From assembly GCA_050115495.1 (NCBI GenBank), contig JASFQK010000009.1:97163-161162 (forward strand): a stretch of 64,000 bases of DNA, given 5' to 3'. The notes beneath the pieces are model-generated. The model was not told where the DNA came from. It saw only the letters and a program-made list of their open reading frames with translations, and searched no databases. The stretch is from Phycisphaerae bacterium (GTDB lineage Bacteria > Planctomycetota > Phycisphaerae > UBA1845 > Fen-1342). Below, one piece after another: positions 19,050 through 28,288 of the stretch; the stretch's first letter is position 1, and each line of letters starts with the position of its first letter. The translations under genes were made by a program, and so were the position numbers.

Positions 19050-20426
19050 TCAGGCTCCGACGATGCCCAGCGGGGCGTTGGTCTGCCAGCGGCCGCGGGT
19101 GAAGTCGGGGAAGTCCATCGGGCGGCTGCGGCCGGCGACCGACCGTTCGGTCAGCTCCGTGACGGCACTCCAGGCCGCCGCATCGTAGACATCGGCATCG
19201 GTGGGCAGCCCGGCCCGCAGGCACTGGATCAGCCGGTAGTCTTCGAGGAAGTCCATGCCGCCGTGGCCGCCGCTGGCCTTCTTCACCTCCTCGGACTTCC
19301 AAAGCGGATGCTCGAACTCGGCATACTTGTCGAGCGTGTCCCAATCGTGGCCCTTGCTGCGACCCTCGATGTGCACGCGATCCGGCCATTTCTCGAAGAT
19401 GCCCTTCGTCCCCTGGACGACGTGCAGGCGGCTGTACGGCCGCGGCAGGTTCGTGTCGTGCACGAGGTAGATCGTCTTGCCATTGGCCGTGCGGATCAGC
19501 GACAGGTTGAGGTCGCCGAGGGTGTACTTCTCATTTCGGCGGGGGTCGTCGGCTTCGAGGTGTTCCTGCTGCCAGAGCTGGAGCCCACGCGACGGGCCGC
19601 TCATCGACACGAGGTAGTCGAAGCGGTCGCCGCGGTTGATGTTCATGCACTGGGCGACCGGCCCCAGTCCGTGCGTCGGATAGAGATTGCCGTTGTGCTG
19701 GATGGAGTGCTCGCGCCGCCACAGCCCCTCGCCCCGCTTGCTGAACTTGACGCCGCGTAGATCGTGCAGATAGCCGCCCTCGCCGTGCAGCACCTCGCCG
19801 AGCAGACCCTGGCGAACCATGTTCAGGCACATCATCTCCGCCCGGTCGTAACAGCAGTTCTCCATCATCACGCAATGCTTCTGCATCTTCTCGGCGGTCT
19901 CGACGAGCTGCCAGCACTCGTCGAGCGTCGTGGCCGCGGGGACCTCGGTGGCGGCGTGCTTGCCATTCTTCATCGCCGCCACGCAGACAGGTACGTGCCA
20001 GCGCCAGGGCGTCGCGGTGTAGACCAGGTCGAGATCCTCTTCGGCGCAGAGCCGCTCGAAGTCGCGCTCGCCGCGGGTGTAGGCCGTCGGGCGGGGCTGG
20101 CCGGCCTTTTCGACGAGGTCCTGCGCCCGGGCGGCGTGCGACTCGACGATATCGCAGACGGCCCGGATCTCGGCACCTTCGATCTTGAGCAGCATGTTGA
20201 CGTGATTCGTGCCCATGCCGCCCACGCCGACGAAGCCGATCCGCACGCGGTCCATCGGTGCCGCGGTCATCGGCCTTTCCGGTGCCGGGCCGGGTCGTCG
20301 GCCGCCGGCGGCGCAACCGGTCAGCGACCACCCGCCCAGGGCGGCGCCGGCCAGGGCCGACAGCTTGATGAACTCGCGACGGCTCTGACCCGGCGACGGC
20401 TGCTCTTCGCGGCGACGATCTGACAT
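19050..20426 (-). CDS. Tat-exported GH109 (Gfo/Idh/MocA) alpha-N-acetylgalactosaminidase-like enzyme
   Basis: SRREFIK Tat motif, GVGGMG, ATPW, ENCCY, YPTHG, GGHGGMDF. Confidence 0.9.
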   Translation of the reverse strand: MSDRRREEQPSPGQSRREFIKLSALAGAALGGWSLTGCAAGGRRPGPAPERPMTAAPMDRVRIGFVGVGGMGTNHVNMLLKIEGAEIRAVCDIVESHAARAQDLVEKAGQPRPTAYTRGERDFERLCAEEDLDLVYTATPWRWHVPVCVAAMKNGKHAATEVPAATTLDECWQLVETAEKMQKHCVMMENCCYDRAEMMCLNMVRQGLLGEVLHGEGGYLHDLRGVKFSKRGEGLWRREHSIQHNGNLYPTHGLGPVAQCMNINRGDRFDYLVSMSGPSRGLQLWQQEHLEADDPRRNEKYTLGDLNLSLIRTANGKTIYLVHDTNLPRPYSRLHVVQGTKGIFEKWPDRVHIEGRSKGHDWDTLDKYAEFEHPLWKSEEVKKASGGHGGMDFLEDYRLIQCLRAGLPTDADVYDAAAWSAVTELTERSVAGRSRPMDFPDFTRGRWQTNAPLGIVGA

Positions 20427-20556
20427 GGCGGCGTCCTCATGTTGAACTTGCGATGGTGGCGGCCCACGCGCCGGCCGCTGACCGTATGATAACGGCGGGT
20501 CGGCGAAGTCGTTAGGCCGACCACTCCGGATCCGTCGAACACCGACAGGAGAGGTG

Positions 20557-21462
20557 ATGCCGCCGACGCTCGTGATACTCGCCGCCGGTCTGGGCAGCCG
20601 TTTCGGCGGCCTGAAGCAACTCGAAGCCGTCGGGCCGGGCGGGGCGGCGATCATGGACTATACGGTGTACGACGCGTGGCGAGCGGGCTTCGGCCGCGTC
20701 GTGTTCGTCATCCGCGAGGAAATGCGGGCCGCGTTCGGCGAGATGATCGGGCGGCGGTTTGGCGGCCGGCTGCCGGCGGAGTGCGTCGTGCAGCGCATGG
20801 ACGACCCCGATTTCGGGGCGACGCCGGCGGGACGCACGCGGCCGTGGGGGACCGGTCACGCCGTTCTGTCCGCGGCACAGGTCGTGCACGAACCGCTGGC
20901 TGTGGTGAACGCGGATGATTTCTACGGAGCGCGGGGCATCGCCGCCGTGGCGGAGTTCCTCGGGCAGACGCCACCGGCCGGCCCGCCGGTGCACGCGATG
21001 GTCGGGTACCGGCTGCGCGACACGTTGGCCGAATCGGGTGCGGTGGCACGAGCCCTGTGCGAGTGCACGCCCGACGGCTGGCTCGAACGCATCGTCGAGA
21101 CCCGCGGGATCGAGCGGCTCGGCGACGACGCCTGCCGCCAGGACGAGCACGGCCAGCGGCAGATCATCTCCGGCGATCGGCTCGTGTCGATGAACCTGTG
21201 GGCGTTTCAGCCGGCGATCTTCGACGAGCTGCGGGCCGGTTTCGCGGCGTTTCGGCAGGCGAGCGGCGATTCGCTCGACGCCGAGTTCCACTTGCCGGCG
21301 GGCGTGCAGTCGGCGATGGCCGCCGGGCGGGCTCGCGTGCGGGTGTTGCCGGGTGGCGGCGGCTGGTGCGGAATGACGCATCGTGGCGACCACGCGCACG
21401 TCGCGCGGACGATCGCCGACATGATCGCCAGGGGCGACTATCCGGCGGAGTTGTGGACATGA
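20557..21462 (+). CDS. Sugar-1-phosphate nucleotidyltransferase
   Basis: LVILAAGLGSRFGGLKQ, PWGTGHA, NADDFYG. Confidence 0.9.
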   Translation: MPPTLVILAAGLGSRFGGLKQLEAVGPGGAAIMDYTVYDAWRAGFGRVVFVIREEMRAAFGEMIGRRFGGRLPAECVVQRMDDPDFGATPAGRTRPWGTGHAVLSAAQVVHEPLAVVNADDFYGARGIAAVAEFLGQTPPAGPPVHAMVGYRLRDTLAESGAVARALCECTPDGWLERIVETRGIERLGDDACRQDEHGQRQIISGDRLVSMNLWAFQPAIFDELRAGFAAFRQASGDSLDAEFHLPAGVQSAMAAGRARVRVLPGGGGWCGMTHRGDHAHVARTIADMIARGDYPAELWT

Positions 21463-22685
21463 GGGTGCCGGCGGAGGTGCTCGAGGTCGCCGGGCGGTTC
21501 GCCGTGGCGGGGCGGCCGGTCGCTTGTGTGCCCTGGGGCGGCGGGCATATCAACGACACGTACGCCGTGACGTGCAACGAGGACGGCCGCGAGACCCGCT
21601 ACCTGCTCCAGCGCATCAACACGGCCGTCTTCCGCAATCCCCTGCAAGTCACGGAGAACATCGCCCGCGTCACCGAGCATATCGCGGGGCGGCTGCGGGC
21701 GGCCGGCGTCTACGACATCGAACGCCGAGTGCTCCAGCTTGTGCTGACAGCGGAGCCGAACGCCGACCGACGCGAGGCTGCCACGCGCGCCGCTGATCCG
21801 CCAGAAGACGCCAGCGGACGCGAGCCGACGCCAGCCGACGCGACTGGCCGCCAGTCGCACAGCGTGGACGCCACCGGCCGGCAGCCGGCGTACATCGACG
21901 CCGCCGGCCGGTATTGGCGAATGTATCGTTTCATCGAGCGAACGCGGATCTCGGCGGCGGTGACGTCGCCCGCGGAGGCCTTCGCCGCCGGCGAGGCGTA
22001 CGGCACGTTTCAGCGGCTGCTGATCGACCTGCCCGGCCCGCGGCTGCACGAGACGATTCCCGGATTTCACGATACGCCGGCGCGGTATGCGGCCCTCGAT
22101 GCGGCGATTGCGGCGGACGCCTGCGGGCGGGTGGCGGAGGCTCAGCCGGAGATCGACTTCGCCCAGCGCCGCCGCGACCTGGCCGGCGCGCTGCTCGACC
22201 TGCATAATCGCGGCCTGCTGCCCGAACGCGTCGTGCACAACGACGCCAAGATGGACAACGTGTTGCTCGATGCGACGACAGGCACGGGGCAATGCGTCGT
22301 GGACCTCGACACGGTCATGCCCGGCCTCGCTCCGTTCGACTTCGGCGACATGGTCCGCACCATGACCACCTTCGCCGCCGAGGATGAGCAGGACTTGCGG
22401 CGTGTGGTCGTGCAAATGCCCCTCTTCACGGCGTTAGCCCGCGGCTACCTGGAGTCGGCCGGCCCGTTCCTGCTCCCCGCCGAACGCGACCACCTCGTCA
22501 CCGCCGGCAAGCTGATCACGCTGGAGCAAGGCGTGCGTTTCCTGACCGACTACCTCCGCGGCGACACGTACTACAAAACGACCCGCCCCGGCCAGAACCT
22601 CGACCGCACGCGTGCCCAGTTCGCGCTGGTGGGGTCGATTGAGACGGTTGAGCAGAAGATGAACGCGGTGGTGGCGAGGACGTAA
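21459..22685 (+). CDS. APH-fold sugar kinase (NahK/N-acetylhexosamine 1-kinase-like)
   Basis: GGGHINDTY, LQRIN, HNDAKMDN, DLDTVMPG, DFGD; ATGA overlap with the upstream gene. Confidence 0.88.
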   Translation: MRVPAEVLEVAGRFAVAGRPVACVPWGGGHINDTYAVTCNEDGRETRYLLQRINTAVFRNPLQVTENIARVTEHIAGRLRAAGVYDIERRVLQLVLTAEPNADRREAATRAADPPEDASGREPTPADATGRQSHSVDATGRQPAYIDAAGRYWRMYRFIERTRISAAVTSPAEAFAAGEAYGTFQRLLIDLPGPRLHETIPGFHDTPARYAALDAAIAADACGRVAEAQPEIDFAQRRRDLAGALLDLHNRGLLPERVVHNDAKMDNVLLDATTGTGQCVVDLDTVMPGLAPFDFGDMVRTMTTFAAEDEQDLRRVVVQMPLFTALARGYLESAGPFLLPAERDHLVTAGKLITLEQGVRFLTDYLRGDTYYKTTRPGQNLDRTRAQFALVGSIETVEQKMNAVVART

Positions 22686-22704
22686 CAACGAACCGTCCCT
22701 CTTC

Positions 22705-22760
22705 AGCCCCGCAGGGGCAATCGTTAGTAGCCCAGTACGTGAGTGCTGGGTTTGCGTGAC
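22705..22760. repeat. Half copy of REPIN-like element
   Basis: gccccgcaggggc hairpin followed by GTAG-cccagtac..gtgctggg palindrome; similar to 24147-24200. Confidence 0.75.
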
Positions 22761-22869
22761 GTTCCCCTCCCCCAGGCAGGGCGGCAGAGGCGTTTGCCTG
22801 ACGCACGCGAGTGCTCACCCATCCCGACGAAAAAAACGCTGAGTGCGGAAAACAGCACAGGTCACGCCA

Positions 22870-23286
22870 CTACACGCTCGTGAAGTACCAGACGATCGCG
22901 CTCGATGCGACGCCTGTCGCGAGTCCGATCACGACACCCTCGGCCAAACCACGGATCCGGCCCTTTGAACTGGCGCTCTTGAGAATCCTCGCGATCGATT
23001 CCGTGGATACTGCAAGCAACTTCTCTGCCGACTCCTTGTCTTCGTGAAGACGAACCAGAGTCCCTCGCAGTTCCTCGACCTCCGTTTTTCGCACATTGGC
23101 TTCCCTTTGGAGCGATGTCACAGCATCTGCCGCGGCCTCAAGATCGCGCCTCACCGCAGCCAAGCGAGCGATCCGCTCATCCACGCTCTTTGAGTCCGTG
23201 AATTGATCGAGCGGTATTTCGTACGTGAAGAGTGGCAAGCTAACGCGGACACGTCCTTTGCCAAGCAACTCCGACAGCTTCGACAT
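22870..23286 (-). CDS. Hypothetical coiled-coil protein with C-terminal TM helix
   Basis: MSKLSELL..., heptad region, GLAEGVVIGLATGVASSAIVWYF tail; visibly less GC-biased codons. Confidence 0.65.
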   Translation of the reverse strand: MSKLSELLGKGRVRVSLPLFTYEIPLDQFTDSKSVDERIARLAAVRRDLEAAADAVTSLQREANVRKTEVEELRGTLVRLHEDKESAEKLLAVSTESIARILKSASSKGRIRGLAEGVVIGLATGVASSAIVWYFTSV

Positions 23287-23372
23287 TGCATCATTCTCCG
23301 CCGGACGGTGACCATACAGCTCTGTCGTAACCAGCCGCCAGGGGGCCGCCGCGCGGCCCACGCCCCTTCAGG

Positions 23373-23981
23373 CTACTTCGGGTAGTGCTCCACAATGACC
23401 AGATGATAGAGTGACTTGATGTTGCCATAGTACAGGTGCCAAGCAGATGGCTCAGCGCCCAGGAACGCGAGCGACGCCGCCAGTGGCAGCGCACACCGTA
23501 GAGCCCACACCGCCGCGCCGATTGGAGTAGCCTGAATCACGCCGGATATGGCCAGGGCCCACACCACTGCAATTGCCGCCGCCGCAAGCCAGAGTCCGAT
23601 CCGCGCCGCCCCCAGCATGCGTGCCTCAGCACGCAGCTTGGCAAGGCGAAAGCCGCTGGCAGCATGTTGTAGGCGCACATGCTGGTACATTGTGGACAGC
23701 GACGGTGCGTCCGATGGCTCGTGCCGACGCTGGATGCGACCTTCGATATCTGGCCATCGGCAGGCACCGAGTAACCAGCCGCAGAAGTAGCACACTGCCA
23801 GGTAGCCGAACCCACCGAACAGAACCGCCATCGAGCTGTCCGACTGCACACTCCAGGCCTTGTTGATGGCGAACTCGGTCCCACGAAGCCCGAGATCGAG
23901 CACGAAGAGCAGCAGAAAGCCGGGGAGCACTCGAGCGATGATATCGTAGAAGAGCTGCGGAATCGTGACTGCCAGGTTCAT
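23373..23981 (-). CDS. Hypothetical membrane protein (about 4 TM)
   Basis: FYDIIARVLPG N-terminal TM and further hydrophobic segments; GAGG RBS; TATAAT upstream. Confidence 0.7.
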   Translation of the reverse strand: MNLAVTIPQLFYDIIARVLPGFLLLFVLDLGLRGTEFAINKAWSVQSDSSMAVLFGGFGYLAVCYFCGWLLGACRWPDIEGRIQRRHEPSDAPSLSTMYQHVRLQHAASGFRLAKLRAEARMLGAARIGLWLAAAAIAVVWALAISGVIQATPIGAAVWALRCALPLAASLAFLGAEPSAWHLYYGNIKSLYHLVIVEHYPK

Positions 23982-24146
23982 CGGCTACGTCCTCGTGCCG
24001 CGTGCGGGCCCCGCTCCGACATGCCCCCTGGGCCCCGAAACCGCATGCATTATATCGAATTCTCCGGAATCACCAGAGGGTGATCGCCGAAACCGCACAT
24101 CCGGAAACGACCGGGTTCATGGCCACAGCGCCAACAGACGCACCCG

Positions 24147-24418
24147 GCCCCGCAGGGGCGACCGTCAATCGCCCAGCACGTGAGCGCCGGATTCGCGTGA
24201 CACCCCCTCCATCTCCAGTCCCGGCGGGACGGTTGGTTGTAGCCCAGTACGAAGTGCTGGGAATCGCGAACGTCGCCCTCCCCCCAGTCCCGTCGGGACG
24301 ACTGAGGGCTGCGTTGCGCGGCGTAGCGTTCAGCCGTCCCTACGGGACTAGATAGGCAAGACTGCCCAGGAAACCCAGCACTTCGTGCTGGGCTACGATC
24401 ATTCGTCCCTACGGGACT
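24147..24418. repeat. REPIN-like composite palindromic element (full unit 24217-24418 plus a half unit)
   Basis: Four gtccc(N3)gggac hairpins and two inverted GTAG-cccag..ctggg REPs forming a ~200-bp inverted repeat. Confidence 0.85.
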
Positions 24419-24547
24419 GCGGACTCGCGTCCGCGGCGTGTGCGCCGATACGCCGACGCCCTCGGCAATCACGGCTGGAGACACCGCCTGCCGACGATGA
24501 CGGCCACCCATGCCACCACCCGACGATCGACGCCGGCCGCACCTCGT

Positions 24548-25453
24548 TTACCGCATAACCACGCTCTCCGTCAGGCTTGGCGGTGGGCCGGGGTGGTAGA
24601 CCAGCTCGACCTCGTACACCTGTTTCGGCGTGCAGTGGAGGTGTTCGCTGCAGACTTCGTGCATGCGGTCTTCGGGCGTGCGGATGGAGAGCCACACGTC
24701 CGCCGGGACCTCGGGGAAGCGGAAGCGGCCGAACTCGTCCGTCTTCATCGCGGCCAAGGCGCTCGAAGATGGTGGCAGCTCGTCGGCGTCCAGCACGACG
24801 TAATGATCGACGATCGGCTGGCCCGCCTCATCGACGAGGCGGCCCCAGACCATCGCCGCCGGCACCATGACGAAATCGAGGCGTCGCGGCGGCTGGTCGG
24901 GGTAAACGATGTCCTCCGGGCGGTCCCAATGGCGGAGCTCGGTCTCGTCCGGCGGGCGATTGGCCATGCGCAAGTCCCCCTGCCGATAGAGGTTGCGCTC
25001 GATCAGGCCCTCCTTGTGGGCCGAGATCGTGGCTGCTTGGAAGCCGCTGTTTTCGTTGAGCATGTACATCCCCGGGCCAAACCACATGACGTAATCGCCG
25101 GCCTCATCGCTCAACGCCCGCCCCGTGCCCTGCAACGTCGCCCAGCCGCAGTGAGCGATGATCTCGACGCCGGCGACCGGCTGCCCCGCTTCGTCGGATA
25201 CGTGGCCGACAACGCACCAGCGGAGCAGATCCGTCCGCTCGGTCGTGGGGGGCCATTCGAGCGGCGGGGGCGGCGGAGGTGGCTCTGTCGGCTGTGCAGC
25301 CGAGGCCGGTGCCGCCGATGCGCTGACGGGCGGGTCGGCGACGGTTTGAGGTTCGGGTTTCGGCGCGTCGGCTCCCGGGCGGGGTTCGCCGCCGCGGCAA
25401 CCTACGAGCACGAGGATAAGAAGACAGCTACAGAGCGGGTACCTGCTGCGCAT
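24548..25453 (-). CDS. Lipoprotein with carboxypeptidase-regulatory-like (transthyretin-like) domains
   Basis: Lipobox VLVGC, Pro-rich linker, two G.V.DEAGQP modules, TDEFGRFRF; AGGAGG RBS. Confidence 0.8.
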   Translation of the reverse strand: MRSRYPLCSCLLILVLVGCRGGEPRPGADAPKPEPQTVADPPVSASAAPASAAQPTEPPPPPPPLEWPPTTERTDLLRWCVVGHVSDEAGQPVAGVEIIAHCGWATLQGTGRALSDEAGDYVMWFGPGMYMLNENSGFQAATISAHKEGLIERNLYRQGDLRMANRPPDETELRHWDRPEDIVYPDQPPRRLDFVMVPAAMVWGRLVDEAGQPIVDHYVVLDADELPPSSSALAAMKTDEFGRFRFPEVPADVWLSIRTPEDRMHEVCSEHLHCTPKQVYEVELVYHPGPPPSLTESVVMR

Positions 25454-25597
25454 GACAAGCCTCCTGGAGAAAGGACACCACCCCGTTTTGACGCCGCCGG
25501 CGCCGGCCCGGTTCCCGGGGCGGGAGAAGATTTGCGGGAGGCGGGTGAAGCGTGATCCACGATTCCCAACGTGCGAGGCTCTGACACGCACGGCATC

Positions 25598-25620
25598 GGC
25601 GGGTGGAACCCGCCCCCTAC
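25598..25620 (-). repeat. GTAG-type REP
   Basis: Reverse strand reads GTAGGGGGCGGGTTCCACCCGCC; sister copy at 25981-26001. Confidence 0.75.
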
Positions 25621-25661
25621 GGCCCTCCGGTGAGCCGAGGGTGCTTCGCCATGCAAAGCCT

Positions 25662-25864
25662 AGTCCCGTAGGGACGACTGATTGTAGCCCAGCAGGAACT
25701 GCTGGGATCCCGTGTGGGCCCCCCCCTGCTCTTAGTCCTGGAAGGACGACTGAACCTGCCGCCGCGAGCGAAGCCTTCAGTCGTCCCTACGGGACTCACG
25801 GATCCACAAGGCCGCCATTCCCAGCACTGCGTGCTGGGCTACATTCATTCGTCCCTACGGGACT
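25662..25864. repeat. REPIN-like composite palindromic element
   Basis: agtcccgtagggacga...tcgtccctacgggact ends; same architecture and length (~203 bp) as 24217-24418. Confidence 0.88.
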
Positions 25865-25980
25865 GCGGAGCGCGAGGCGTGACTCAGGTCTCGGCGCCGC
25901 GTCGTGCGTCGTCCTCATCCACCCAGTCCGCCTGCGACACGCTTTCGGCGAACCGGAGGACCTTTGACGTGCGAGGCAGC

Positions 25981-26001
25981 GGCGGGTGGAACCCGCCCTA
26001 C
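25981..26001 (-). repeat. GTAG-type REP
   Basis: Reverse strand reads GTAGGGCGGGTTCCACCCGCC (GTAG plus palindrome). Confidence 0.8.
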
Positions 26002-26007
26002 CGCTCG

Positions 26008-28275
26008 CTACGGACCGGGCGACCGCCAGAGGGCCATCGGTGGGACCTGCTGGCGGGGGATGTCGGGGCCGGCGTAGTCGAGGTCGAGCGAGTAGCCGCC
26101 GTTGATCTGGAAGTACGCCAGCTCGAACGCGTGTCGGCCGGCGGTGAGGAGCACGTCGCCGGTCGCCTCGATGCCCCGGCGCTGGCCGTCGAACTCGGCG
26201 ATGACCTCGCCGCCGACGCTCAGCCGGCTGCCGTCGTTCGAGCGGAGATAGAACGTGTATCGTCCGTCCGCCGGCACCTCGATGAACCCGCAGAACACGA
26301 TGCCGAAGTAGTCGTCCCGCCGACGAACGTCGAGACTCAGCGTGTTGGCGTGGCCGGCGGCGCCGGGCGTGAGCGCGTCAAAATCCGGCAGCCGGCGCCA
26401 CTGGCCTTCGTAATACGCGTAATCGACGCCATTCTGCGCTTGCGGCACGTCCACCGCCGACAACGGCCGCAAACGCCGATAGCGGTACACCGCGGTGTCG
26501 CTCGACCGCCCGCCGGGCAGGAACATCCGCGCACTCACAACGGTCGATTCGCTCAGCGCGAGCGGCTTCTCGTACAGCGGCGATGAAGCGGTCGGCTCGC
26601 TGCCGTCGAGCGTGTAGCGCACGACCGCATCGACCGGCGGCGCCTCCAGCGTCACCGTCACCGACTCGTCAAACGTCCGCTCTGTCGGCGAGCACGCGGG
26701 CGGCGCGATGAAATACGCCACACCCAGCTCGTCCAGTCGGCGGTAGTGCTGCCGCAAACGCCCGACGAAATCCGCCAGATCACGCGATTTCTGCGGCGAC
26801 CAGCCCACCTCCGCCATCGCACACAGCCGCGGGAACAACTGGTGATCCAGCCGCTCCGGCGGGGCGTGCTCGGTCCACATGTTCCCCTCGACGCCGAGCA
26901 CATGCCGGGCCTGCTCCGGCGTGAGCTCCGCCGGCGTCGGCTCAAACGCGTAGACCTGCTCCAGCGGCACGTAGCCCATCCACACCGGCTCGCCCGGCAG
27001 CTCCGCCTGGGCGTAGTCGAGGTAGCAGTTGCTCGTCGGCGAGGCGATAACGTCGTGGTCCGCCGTGGCAGCGGCGATCGCCCCCTGCATCCCTCGCCAC
27101 GACTGCACCGTCGCTCCCGGCGGCAGGCCACCTTCGAGAATTTCGTCCCACCCGATCAGCCGGCGGCCGTGGCTGGCGAGGTAGCGTTCGATCCGCCGAA
27201 TGAAGTAGCTTTGCAGCTCGTGCTCGTCGGCCAGCCCCTCGGCCTTGATCCGGGCCTGGCACTTGGGGCACGCCGCCCAGCGGTCCTTCGGGCACTCGTC
27301 GCCGCCGACGTGGATGAATTCGGACGGGAACAGGGCGAGCACCTCGTCGAGCACGCCTTCGAGGATCTCGAACGTCTGCTCGTTGCCGGCGCAATACACG
27401 TCGGGGAACACGCCCCACGTCGTGGCGACCTCGAACGGCCCGCCGGTGCACGACAGCTCGGGATACGCGGCGAGGGCGGCCATGCTGTGCCCGGGCATTT
27501 CGATCTCGGGCACGATGGTGACGTAGCGGCCGGCGGCGTAGGCGACGATGTCGCGGATCTCGTCCTGGCTGTAGAACCCGCCGTAGCGCTCATCGCCAGT
27601 GCCACGCCACGCGCCGACCTCGGTCAGCCGCGGGTAGCGTTTGATCTCGATGCGCCAGCCCTGGTCCTCGGTCAGGTGCCAGTGCAGCACGTTCATCTTG
27701 TGGTAGGCGAGCAGGTCGATGTAGCGCTTGACCATTTCCGGCGGAACGAAATGCCGCCCGCAATCGAGCAGCAGGCCCCGCCAACGAAAGCGCGGATGAT
27801 CGACGATGTTGACGACGGGCAGCGTCCACGTCGCCGGCTCGCCGTCGCCGCTGCGCAGCAACTGGCGTAACGTCTGCACGCCGCGGAAGAGCCCCTCGGC
27901 CGCGGTGGCAGCGAGCGTCGCCCGCTCGGGCGTGACGATCAGGCGATAGGCTTCCTTGCCGAGGGCGGTCGCGTCCGGATCGACGATGAACACGATGTCG
28001 CCGGTCGCCGGCCCGGCCTCGGACCGCGTGCGCACAGGCAGCTCGCGGCCGATGCGCTGTTTCAAACACTCGGCGAGGTACGCGGCGACGCCGGCCGCAT
28101 CGTCGCCGCCATTGAGAATGACGATGGCGGCGTTGTCGCCGAGCGTGAACGTCCCGGCTGAGACGTCCATGCTCGCCGGCCGCGGAATGACGGATGGCGT
28201 GGCGAGATCGCCGGCGAATGCGGAGGCACCGGTCAGCGTGAGCGACAGCACGGTGAGCACCTTTGCAGCGGACAT
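26008..28275 (-). CDS. GH20 beta-N-acetylhexosaminidase with chitobiase/FN3-like and PA14 domains
   Basis: WRGLLLDCGRHF, HWHLTEDQGWR, HVGGDE, YTLDGSEP, SNDGSRL; signal peptide; start 28275 chosen for its GAGG RBS. Confidence 0.95.
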   Translation of the reverse strand: MSAAKVLTVLSLTLTGASAFAGDLATPSVIPRPASMDVSAGTFTLGDNAAIVILNGGDDAAGVAAYLAECLKQRIGRELPVRTRSEAGPATGDIVFIVDPDATALGKEAYRLIVTPERATLAATAAEGLFRGVQTLRQLLRSGDGEPATWTLPVVNIVDHPRFRWRGLLLDCGRHFVPPEMVKRYIDLLAYHKMNVLHWHLTEDQGWRIEIKRYPRLTEVGAWRGTGDERYGGFYSQDEIRDIVAYAAGRYVTIVPEIEMPGHSMAALAAYPELSCTGGPFEVATTWGVFPDVYCAGNEQTFEILEGVLDEVLALFPSEFIHVGGDECPKDRWAACPKCQARIKAEGLADEHELQSYFIRRIERYLASHGRRLIGWDEILEGGLPPGATVQSWRGMQGAIAAATADHDVIASPTSNCYLDYAQAELPGEPVWMGYVPLEQVYAFEPTPAELTPEQARHVLGVEGNMWTEHAPPERLDHQLFPRLCAMAEVGWSPQKSRDLADFVGRLRQHYRRLDELGVAYFIAPPACSPTERTFDESVTVTLEAPPVDAVVRYTLDGSEPTASSPLYEKPLALSESTVVSARMFLPGGRSSDTAVYRYRRLRPLSAVDVPQAQNGVDYAYYEGQWRRLPDFDALTPGAAGHANTLSLDVRRRDDYFGIVFCGFIEVPADGRYTFYLRSNDGSRLSVGGEVIAEFDGQRRGIEATGDVLLTAGRHAFELAYFQINGGYSLDLDYAGPDIPRQQVPPMALWRSPGP

Positions 28276-28288
28276 GGCAATCCTCGTC

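Noticed and set aside
22870..25453. Integron cassette array
   Set aside because: No RYYYAAC...GTTRRRY attC structures after the genes and no integrase
24147..25864. CRISPR array
   Set aside because: Units are inverted and degenerate with irregular spacing; no cas genes
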